A stretch of 64,000 bases of DNA from the IMG/VR virus record IMGVR_UViG_3300006752_000009. One strand, given 5' to 3'. A program made the position numbers and the translations under genes. The notes below the pieces were generated by a model. The model did no database searches and was not told the DNA's origin. It saw only the letters and a program-made list of their open reading frames with translations. Of this stretch, positions 46,201-53,909 are shown piece after piece. The DNA comes from a virus (taxonomy: Duplodnaviria > Caudoviricetes). Numbering within the stretch: the stretch's first letter is position 1; each line of letters opens with the position of its first letter.

Positions 46201-49200
46201 TGTGGCTGAAGCAAGCACCATTACACTTGGTGGAGGTGGTACAGTCGTTTCGGGTGGTAAACTACGACTCGGTTCAAACATCATCGAGAACTCTGCTTCG
46301 GAGACTACGATCACTCTTGATGCCAATCAGAGAACTACTCTATCGGGTGATCTTGCTGTAGTCGGTGGTGCTAATGGTGGTTTAGGGGCGACCACAATCT
46401 TACTTGGTGCAGATGCGGCTAGACACTCAGCGATTAAAGTTGTGGCTCGTACAGGGGCTAATGATGGTCAAGACCTCACTATCGAAGCAGGTTCAAGTGC
46501 TACCAATCAAGTAGACCAAGATGGTGGTGATCTCATCCTTTCATCTGGTGGCGGTGATGGTACAGGTACATCAGATATGGTCTTTAAGACTAAGATTACC
46601 AATGTAGACGCACCGACTACAAAGATGACTCTCAAGGGTAGTGGTAGATTGGGTCTTGGAGAGACAGCTCCAGACACTCTCTTACACTTGTCTAACGCAT
46701 CTTCTCCAACCATCACTTTACAGAACCTCACAGCTTCTCAAGCAGAAGATGGTCGTTCGAGTGTGATTAAGTTTGTTGGTCAGAACAATGCAAACACAGA
46801 GGGCGAACTCGGAAACATTACCACAGCTCACGATGTGGGTAATGCGACAGCCGCAGGTAAGATGGTCTTTAGCTTGTTCAACAGTGTTGATAATGCTGTA
46901 GGCTCGGTCTTGACCCTCGACTCTGCTAAGAAAGCTACCTTTGCTAAAGATGTTGAGATCACAGGTGACCTCATCGTACAGGGGGATACCACTACGATTA
47001 ATACTGCAACTCTCGATGTTGAGGATGCAGTTATTCGTATTAACAAGGGTGTAGCAGGTGGGGCTAATGCCAACGACATCGGTATCTTCTTTGAGAGAGG
47101 TACTGATGGAAATGACGGTATCTTCTTTTGGGGTGATGATGAGAGCTATTTCATTCTCGGTACGACTACAGCCGCTCACACAGCAGTAGACTTTGCAGGT
47201 TCTACAACACCTAGTGGGTTGCAGATTGCTTCTCTTGAACTAAGAGATGATAACGCAACCTCCCTCGTCATTAAAGAGGGAGCGAACGCATACATTACCT
47301 TTAACACACTCAATGCCGATCCGGGTGCAGGTAATGAGCAAGTAGAGTTCGGAAAGATCTTCACAGCCATTACAGGCTCAAAGATTGGTAATCTTACTCT
47401 TGCTAATGGGTCAATCACAGATAGTGGCAGTGCTATCAGCTTCGGTGATAACACACTAACCACAAGTGGTCTTGCGAGTCTTGACGGTGGTATTGATGTC
47501 AATGGTGAAGTGTTCACAGTATCAAATCTTGGTGCGACTGTTATCAAGAATACTTTGACGCTTAACAACGCAGGGTCTACCTCTGACCTTGATGTTCAAG
47601 CTAACGGAACATCAGTCTTTAAGGTAGATGTGTCAGCACTAGACGCTATTGTTGGTGCAACTTCAACGCTCTTTACGAATAAGATCCAAGCTACCTCAGA
47701 TGCTGACGATTCGCTCCAACTTTACCTCAAAGACAATACAGCTCTTGGTCTTGTTGTTTCAAATGTGAGCGACGATGTTGACTTTATCACAGTTAAGACA
47801 ACGACAAACTCGGAGCTTATCACTCTTGTTCAAGCAACCTCTATCAGCGAGACTTTAGAAGTTGTTGGTAATGCGACCTTTGATGCTGAAGTAAACATCG
47901 AGCAGGCGAATACCAATGGTATCTTCTTCAACTCGGATCTTGGAGCGAACCCTTCAATAGACGCTACTCTTATTACAGTTGAGGGTGGTAATAACAAGGG
48001 TGATGTGGTTCTCGCTTGGGACACATCAGATAACGCTCTTAACCTTAACGGGAACTCACAGGTTCACCTACAAGGTCTGAATGGATCAAATGCTCTAACG
48101 ATTGGTGGTGCGTTGGTAGCTAACGCTACAATCACTATGACTACAGCCGGTGCGATTACAGCGACCTCAGCGACTTCGGCTTTTGCTTCGGGAACTACCA
48201 TTGGTAATGTGACTTACAGCAATAATGAGATTGCAGGTGCGACTGATACCACTCTAACGATTAAAGCTGAGACTGATCTGATCTTCCAGATTGACTCTGA
48301 CAACGATGGTGGAGATGTTCAAAAGTTCTCGTTCCTAGATGGTGCAGGAACAGAAATCGCTAACCTCAGTGAAGTTGGTGATCTTCAGATTGATGGCGAT
48401 CTTAGTGTTGATGGTGGAGACATTACCCTTACAGGTGGTCAAGACACCAACGCTGAGATTGAACTTAAGTCTGATGCAGGTGATGACGCTGGTGATAGTT
48501 GGAACATTTTAGCGACAGCTAATAGCGATCAACTCACCATTGGTAATGACAAGGCAGATAAGGGTACTTACGAACCAATTCTTACCCTTGTTGGCAATGC
48601 GACAGCGACTGACACTACAGCGACTTTTGCAGGTGATGTACTACTTAATGGTGGTGATCTTACTGTAAGGAACAAAGTAAACGCAGGTCATGCTGTAATC
48701 ACTTTGATCGCTGACTCAGCAGGTGACGCTGACGGTGATGATAACGGAGATGTTTGGAAACTTGATGCCTCAGATGACTCGCAAACTCTTACAGTTTTCA
48801 ATAACATTTCGGGTGGTGATGTTGCACAGCTTACCCTTGTTGGTAATGGGACAGCGACATCGGGTCTAGCAACCTTCGCAGGTGATGTAACGCTCAATGG
48901 TAGTGATCTCACAATCACTTCACCAGACGCTACAGCGATTATCAACATTCAATCACACTTAGGTGATGCGAATGGTGATAGTTGGAAGATTACAGGTTCA
49001 GATGAGAATAATCGTACTTTGACCTTTAGTGGTCAGAATACAGGTAATGCGAACTATCAAAATGTACTTGTTTTAACTGCTAACGACACCTTGACTGACT
49101 CATTGGCTACCTTTGGTGGTGAGGTGACGATTTCGGGTACAGGCACTAACGCACTTGATTTCTCGGCTAATAACATCACCATCGGTAATGCGATTGCAGG

Positions 49201-50245
49201 TAATACTCTTACTCTCGGTGCGAGTGCTTCGACAGTTGCTATCCCAGGTGATCTTACTGTAGCGACTACTAAGAGCATTACGCTCAATAATGGAGTCGCA
49301 AACGCGGCTGCTGATGTTGACGCTTATATCTATGTAGATCGTGGTGCTGATGACGATGTGGCTATCCGATGGGATGAGGGTACTGATCGTTGGATGCACA
49401 CTCTTGATGGCACTAACTATTATAACATTGTCAATGAGAACGATGTCCTATTCATCATAAATGGTGATAAGGCAGGTACAGACACGATCTCTATTAAAGA
49501 GACTGACGAGAGAACAGTTCAGTTCAAGGGTCTGACCGTTGGTACAAATCGTGGGTTCCAGTTCGATGTTGATAATGCCAATAACACTGTCGAGTTGAGC
49601 TTTGAAGATCAAGTTATCATGCCCGACTCTCTCACAGTAAAGGGCATCTCGACAATTGAGGGTCAGCTTTTTGTCGAGTCAAATGACATTGACTTTGACT
49701 CGGAAAACGCAACTATCGGTGCTAGTATTGGTGCAAATACGATTACCCTCGGTGGTGCTAACTCTACTGTGGCTGTTGCAGGTTCACTCGTAGTTAATGG
49801 AACATCTATTGATGTAGATGGAGCTTCGGCTCTTACTGTTGGTGCAACCGTAGGTGCGAATGATCTTACACTTGGTGGTGCGACTTCTACTGTTGTTTCA
49901 GCAGGTGATCTCAAGGTTGAGGGTAATCTCGTATATGACTCATCAACTCTTACGCTTGACGGTAATGGTGAGATTACAGTAACGAAGCCTTACCATAAGG
50001 TTGAGGTTAACAACCAAGCTAATAACTCTGAGGATCTTGTATCAATCAACGCCGCAGGTGTGGTTGCAGGTACTGTTTTGGTCTTACAAGCTAACCATAC
50101 GGATCGCTCTGTTGTGGTAAAGAACACCAACTTCAAGTTAGCAGGTGATGCAGACTTTACCCTCGATAATACTGAGGACACCATTTCGTTGATCTATAAC
50201 GGAACTCATTGGTGTGAGTTGACTCGATCAAGCAATAACGCTTAA
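43286..50245 (+). CDS. giant (2,319 aa) fibre protein with an Mtd_N-like N-terminus
   Basis: VQLRRGT......FTGAVGEIT.DT....IRVHDG...GG is the major-tropism-determinant N-terminal-type motif; AAGGAG RBS; class A box at 43228. Confidence 0.85.
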   Translation: MAVRRVQLRRGTTNDHTNGGGFTGAVGEITIDTTTKSIRVHDGGQAGGFDLMRADMSNNLAVTGDINFTDDAHVIGGAINTGGDATHILDLGAANTTVRVRGTLSVANQTTQNDLLIENKVIVLADGDEGEPNSNDSIGILFTRTLDTQDPAQAQDPALLYWDEAADRFRLETNDVTEADADWRAGATGADLTLRTLYAQTSVDVNDGNITNVGQISLASITFADAGAFITVTAEDALDGKAFNLNDGGGTEYLTINTNAESTTLGVPAKTTTIRSNTVDLGTDAANDVALGVVARTGANNAGQSLTISAGSAPTGGGENLDGGDLILATGAGDGTGTASIQFQTKVSGTDTVAERMRVHTNGNVGIGENAPDTLLHISGADTATLTLENTTGGNAQDDDPSTISFKGNAQVKALAQIVGAHDGVADDDKGVLIFKPNNDADPTEALRLDSALKATFAGAVEIATSLDLTDGAINNVTTIDLDKITDRANDGIEIELQNGQASALVIDDTNGDTFLTINADANTITLGQATTLSSTLQVDGGTATIQGVEGGTASLFLNADESDDAGDNWRVQATDHATRTLAFAGENDAGNGYVDVLTLTGANTEATSSATVKGTLIVNGEIQSATDLVFQVDNDNNGDNKFSFQDGDNSEVASLTEAGILTVTGLSNLNGGIAVDTNKFTVAGDDTGNTATKGTLTVSGNTVVGVQGEGSPNLSVINNGGTTTFSVTGATGNTAVAGTTTLSNTLNIVQGVASGIVFNSDRANEADQDASLILVKDADGGTDGAFAWDDGLNTFSFSGSKLNSVLDFSVGTLATPSTTISATTGAIATAGTAPVLTLKNTTGGNGDADSPTLINFQDDDGADLARIQGSHDGGVDDTKGDLIFSTNGGGGLSEALRLDSANLATFAGNITAQDITASNGTITVGASGASIVATDADTLTITETTIVAAGNLQVNGNITGANEAKEIFVASVAEASTITLGGGGTVVSGGKLRLGSNIIENSASETTITLDANQRTTLSGDLAVVGGANGGLGATTILLGADAARHSAIKVVARTGANDGQDLTIEAGSSATNQVDQDGGDLILSSGGGDGTGTSDMVFKTKITNVDAPTTKMTLKGSGRLGLGETAPDTLLHLSNASSPTITLQNLTASQAEDGRSSVIKFVGQNNANTEGELGNITTAHDVGNATAAGKMVFSLFNSVDNAVGSVLTLDSAKKATFAKDVEITGDLIVQGDTTTINTATLDVEDAVIRINKGVAGGANANDIGIFFERGTDGNDGIFFWGDDESYFILGTTTAAHTAVDFAGSTTPSGLQIASLELRDDNATSLVIKEGANAYITFNTLNADPGAGNEQVEFGKIFTAITGSKIGNLTLANGSITDSGSAISFGDNTLTTSGLASLDGGIDVNGEVFTVSNLGATVIKNTLTLNNAGSTSDLDVQANGTSVFKVDVSALDAIVGATSTLFTNKIQATSDADDSLQLYLKDNTALGLVVSNVSDDVDFITVKTTTNSELITLVQATSISETLEVVGNATFDAEVNIEQANTNGIFFNSDLGANPSIDATLITVEGGNNKGDVVLAWDTSDNALNLNGNSQVHLQGLNGSNALTIGGALVANATITMTTAGAITATSATSAFASGTTIGNVTYSNNEIAGATDTTLTIKAETDLIFQIDSDNDGGDVQKFSFLDGAGTEIANLSEVGDLQIDGDLSVDGGDITLTGGQDTNAEIELKSDAGDDAGDSWNILATANSDQLTIGNDKADKGTYEPILTLVGNATATDTTATFAGDVLLNGGDLTVRNKVNAGHAVITLIADSAGDADGDDNGDVWKLDASDDSQTLTVFNNISGGDVAQLTLVGNGTATSGLATFAGDVTLNGSDLTITSPDATAIINIQSHLGDANGDSWKITGSDENNRTLTFSGQNTGNANYQNVLVLTANDTLTDSLATFGGEVTISGTGTNALDFSANNITIGNAIAGNTLTLGASASTVAIPGDLTVATTKSITLNNGVANAAADVDAYIYVDRGADDDVAIRWDEGTDRWMHTLDGTNYYNIVNENDVLFIINGDKAGTDTISIKETDERTVQFKGLTVGTNRGFQFDVDNANNTVELSFEDQVIMPDSLTVKGISTIEGQLFVESNDIDFDSENATIGASIGANTITLGGANSTVAVAGSLVVNGTSIDVDGASALTVGATVGANDLTLGGATSTVVSAGDLKVEGNLVYDSSTLTLDGNGEITVTKPYHKVEVNNQANNSEDLVSINAAGVVAGTVLVLQANHTDRSVVVKNTNFKLAGDADFTLDNTEDTISLIYNGTHWCELTRSSNNA

Positions 50246-50709
50246 TAGCTAATAGATCCTAGCAGGAAGATTGAAGCACTTAGTCCTACAAGCAACAGTT
50301 GAGCGTTTCTGACATGGGGATAGCTTAATCCCCAAGCATCACAGTATCTCTTGATGTCGCTTGTAGGACTAAAGATAAATGAGCCTCTGATTGTATCGAC
50401 CAAACCACCTCCGACCAAGATGATCCAAAAGATGTTGAGGTCGGCTGTGAAAGGTAATGCGATCAGAGCTATTGCGTCTGGTATTCGTGGTGCAAAAGAA
50501 ATCCATGCCCTTTGGTCTAGGGTGATGGTTTCTTTTTCATATTCGTAGCTCACAGAGGCGAACACAAAGCCGAGTCTTGGGTGGTTATGAGGATAGATCC
50601 TCATGGAGTAAGATTTGACACCCACGAGCTTTTTAGCAGTTAGTAGGTGAGCGTACTCATGTATGTAAGCCCAGACGAAATAGGATAGGATAGCGTACAA
50701 AACGAACAT
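50242..50709 (-). CDS. membrane protein with HExxH (M50-like zinc metalloprotease-type)
   Basis: HEYAH after the first hydrophobic segment; further TM segments; SD.KR motif near the C-terminus. Confidence 0.55.
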   Translation of the reverse strand: MFVLYAILSYFVWAYIHEYAHLLTAKKLVGVKSYSMRIYPHNHPRLGFVFASVSYEYEKETITLDQRAWISFAPRIPDAIALIALPFTADLNIFWIILVGGGLVDTIRGSFIFSPTSDIKRYCDAWGLSYPHVRNAQLLLVGLSASIFLLGSISY

Positions 50710-50824
50710 GGGATCTCCTTTTTGTTTGGTTTTGTAGATATGATGGTAATATGGGGTGCGATTTTTAGTTTGTTTATAGGTAGAGTATAGACAACACTAA
50801 TCTACACCAATGGAGTATAAATAA

Positions 50825-51760
50825 ATGAGTGACTTTACATTCAAAAAAGGAACATTCGTTCAACTCAAGGCAAACTCAACCATTCATCTCGGTCGCCTTG
50901 AGAGGAACATCTATGAGGGAGACATCGTTGAGTTTGACGGTTTTTCACTCAAGTTCAATGGTCAGCAGACAGATATGCCAGAGCTTAAGGCAGGTTTAAA
51001 GCGAGGTTGGTTGGCTCTTGTCGAGGGTGATGTGAGTGAGCCTGTAGCAGAAGTCGCTCCTGCTCCTGTCCCTGCTAAGAAAGAGATGCCTGTTCAGACT
51101 GTTTATGACGAGGAGAGAGCAGTTGCAGAGGTTAAACCAAAGGCAGTGAAAGCCCCTAAGAAGTTCCCTCTCGTGGTCGAAAACCAAGATAACGACATTC
51201 GTCCTGTCGCTAAGGTAGAAAACAAGTCTGGTGCTGACATTGCTGGTGCTTCTAGTGCAGGCGATGGAATTGCTGAGTCTCAAGGAGCAGAGTCTGTAAG
51301 CACAATCAAGCTCAAGACAGCGGCTAATACTAAGACTGTGATCTCAGACGGTTCACAGGCGAGTGAAGAGATTTCTAAACTCGACAATATACAAGTTCCT
51401 GTGACCAAGACTGCTAATGAAGATCCTGTGGTTGAGGAAGAAGAAGCTGACGATCTTTTTGAAATCGAGATTGAGGAAGAAGATGAGCAAGATGAGCAAG
51501 ACTTAGAAAACGCTCAAATCCTTCAAGCGATTGATGGGGATGTTGATCCTGCACAGGGAGCTGTTGCTGTCGGTAAGGACAACTCAAAGATCAAAGTTCT
51601 TCCTGGTGGGATCGAGTGGGATACCTCTAAGCATTGGAGCAAGAGAGCGAAGATTGCCCTAGAGATGTACGGTGATGACCAAGCAACTCTTGAAGCAATC
51701 ATGGCTGTTGAGACTAAGGGAGTCATCACAGCGATCCAAAAAGGCATCGAAGAAGGCTAA
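50825..51760 (+). CDS. acidic hypothetical protein, probably virion-associated
   Basis: Class A box at 50766; ACCAATGGAG RBS like the cassette module; E/D-rich linker. Confidence 0.6.
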   Translation: MSDFTFKKGTFVQLKANSTIHLGRLERNIYEGDIVEFDGFSLKFNGQQTDMPELKAGLKRGWLALVEGDVSEPVAEVAPAPVPAKKEMPVQTVYDEERAVAEVKPKAVKAPKKFPLVVENQDNDIRPVAKVENKSGADIAGASSAGDGIAESQGAESVSTIKLKTAANTKTVISDGSQASEEISKLDNIQVPVTKTANEDPVVEEEEADDLFEIEIEEEDEQDEQDLENAQILQAIDGDVDPAQGAVAVGKDNSKIKVLPGGIEWDTSKHWSKRAKIALEMYGDDQATLEAIMAVETKGVITAIQKGIEEG

Positions 51761-52152
51761 ACTCCTGTGTCTGCTCTGTATTGTTTATACCATACATCCC
51801 TTATGTTCCTTAAAAACTCTTGGAAATAAGGGATGTGGAGATCGGACTCTTGAGCGTTAAGAGATACCCAATCATGTTTTGCTGATTGGCATCTTATTTT
51901 AGTCTTGACAGCTTTAGGGTCTGAGTAATCAACGGTGATCTCGACTCCATGCATGGAGCATGAGATCACTTGAGAGATGTCATCAAAGAGTGGTGGGTCG
52001 GGTGATCCACACTCTTTGCATATTTTCTCTAATACATCCTTAAAGGAAGGGCTTTCCATTTGCCACCAACGATAATATGAGTGTTCACATATAACCCTCT
52101 TCTTGTCCTCTACTGTAGTTATGTTCATTCCACCCCTCTCTATAAGTTTCAA
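51757..52152 (-). CDS. hypothetical protein
   Basis: ORF with CxxC; start uncertain. Confidence 0.45.
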   Translation of the reverse strand: MKLIERGGMNITTVEDKKRVICEHSYYRWWQMESPSFKDVLEKICKECGSPDPPLFDDISQVISCSMHGVEITVDYSDPKAVKTKIRCQSAKHDWVSLNAQESDLHIPYFQEFLRNIRDVWYKQYRADTGV

Positions 52153-52435
52153 TGAATTTGTTTAGAGTATCTTTCATTGAACCCTTATATGACACACGCT
52201 TGTCAAGGACGCTTAGGGTGATGTTTTCGTAGGTGTTGAAAGTTGCAGAGACATGAACCCCATGTAAATTTCCTTTGATGTACCAAGGGTCGTTGCCCCT
52301 TAGAGGTTCGACCCCTTCCGAATCTTCCATCCCTAGCTCGTAAAAGAGCTGTTCTGCATAAGCGTACTTAAAGCAGTCCGAGTCTAGTAAATCGCTATCA
52401 ATAAGTGTTTTTCCATTTTTCTTCGTGGTAATCAT
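52085..52435 (-). CDS. hypothetical protein
   Basis: Start moved to 52435 (AAGGAGG RBS); class B box at 52458-52474. Confidence 0.6.
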   Translation of the reverse strand: MITTKKNGKTLIDSDLLDSDCFKYAYAEQLFYELGMEDSEGVEPLRGNDPWYIKGNLHGVHVSATFNTYENITLSVLDKRVSYKGSMKDTLNKFIETYREGWNEHNYSRGQEEGYM

Positions 52436-52477
52436 GTGTACCTCCTTATGATTTATTATAGATAAAGGGTTACACAC

Positions 52478-53752
52478 ATGATAGCTCGATATGCTTGTCC
52501 TCAGATTGAAAACATCTTCAGCCCGATCCATCGTTTGAGGGTCTTTGTCGAAATCGAAAGACTTTTTTGTTCAAGTCAAGGGTGTACAGACTCAATTCTT
52601 GAGGACTTCTCGAAGGTAGACCTTGATCTTCTCCTTAAAGATTTGGCTGTTAAAGAAAAAGAGACTAGGCATGAGACTGTTGCCTTCATACAGGCTCTAG
52701 GGCTTCAGATGAGTGAGGGGTCTTTGCCTTATCTTCATAAGGGAGCGACCTCATCTGATATACTAGACACCTGTCTTGCAACACAGATGTCCACAGCTTC
52801 TGATGTTGTTATTCAAAAGATTGGGTCTCTACTTGAAACGCTCAAAAATAAGGCGATTGAGCATAAAGACACACCGATACTAGGTCGCTCTCATGGGATG
52901 TCGGGAGAGATCACGAGTTTTGGGGTTATCCTGCTTGGTTTTTATTCTGAGTGGACTCGAAACTTAGAACGCATGAAGAGAGCCAAAGAAGAAATATCTT
53001 TTGGGAAGTTTTCGGGAGCGATGGGGAACTATGTTCATGTAGACCCAAAAATAGAACACACTATATGTAAGTCTTTAGGGCTTGATTTTGAGCCTGTTTC
53101 GACACAAGTAGTACCAAGAGATAGACACGCATACTTTATGAGCGTGTTAGGCATTTTAGGGGCTTCTATGGAGCGTCTGTCTATAGAGGTGAGAAACTTA
53201 TCTCAATCTCTCATACAAGAAGTGGCAGAAGGGTTCGGTAAAGACCAAACAGGATCATCAGCTATGCCTCATAAAAGAAATCCAATCTTGTCCGAGAACT
53301 TAACAGGATTAGCTCGTATGATCCGATCTTATGTTCAGCCTAGCCTTGAGAATGTGTCTCTTTGGTATGAGCGAGACATGAGTCATTCGTCAGTAGAGCG
53401 TATCGCCATAGAGGACTCACTGCATCTTGTTTGCTTCGGCTTGAGCAGACTTAATGGGGTTATCGAGAACCTTTATGTAGATACAGACCGAATGGCTCAT
53501 AACATAGACCAAGTTAAAGGGTCTTATTTGAGTCAGACTTGCCTACTGTTCCTCATGGAAAAAGGGTACGCTAGAAATGATGCGTATAAAGTAGTCCAAG
53601 AGATGACATTGTATGGGAAGAAAGACCTCTTTGATGTTTTACAAGGGATCAAAGAGGCAGGTCATTTGACGCAAGAGGAGTTGGATCAAATCACTTCGAG
53701 AGATCGCTTTTTAGCTAGGACTAGTTTGATCTTTTCTAGGTTCGGTCTTTGA
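52478..53752 (+). CDS. purB: adenylosuccinate lyase
   Basis: RHETVAF, H.GATSSD..D, GRSHG, GSSAMPHKRNP, ERDMSHSSVER. Confidence 0.95.
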   Translation: MIARYACPQIENIFSPIHRLRVFVEIERLFCSSQGCTDSILEDFSKVDLDLLLKDLAVKEKETRHETVAFIQALGLQMSEGSLPYLHKGATSSDILDTCLATQMSTASDVVIQKIGSLLETLKNKAIEHKDTPILGRSHGMSGEITSFGVILLGFYSEWTRNLERMKRAKEEISFGKFSGAMGNYVHVDPKIEHTICKSLGLDFEPVSTQVVPRDRHAYFMSVLGILGASMERLSIEVRNLSQSLIQEVAEGFGKDQTGSSAMPHKRNPILSENLTGLARMIRSYVQPSLENVSLWYERDMSHSSVERIAIEDSLHLVCFGLSRLNGVIENLYVDTDRMAHNIDQVKGSYLSQTCLLFLMEKGYARNDAYKVVQEMTLYGKKDLFDVLQGIKEAGHLTQEELDQITSRDRFLARTSLIFSRFGL

Positions 53753-53909
53753 CTCCTCTTCTTTTTTTGGCACCTCTTCTTTTTTAGGTTTGTTCATGTG
53801 CTTAATAACTTCAAGACACCACATAACGACCTCTTTTCTTCAGATTGGTTCTCTGTCTTTAAATACAGATTATAAATGAGTTATAGATTATAAAAGACTT
53901 ATAAGGATC

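Noticed and set aside
37119-50184. Many short antisense and alternate-frame ORFs inside the two fibre genes (and inside nrdA, the helicase and other long genes)
   Set aside because: They are shadows of the biased codon usage of the long real genes; I saw no RBS or class A/B boxes for them and no recognisable motifs
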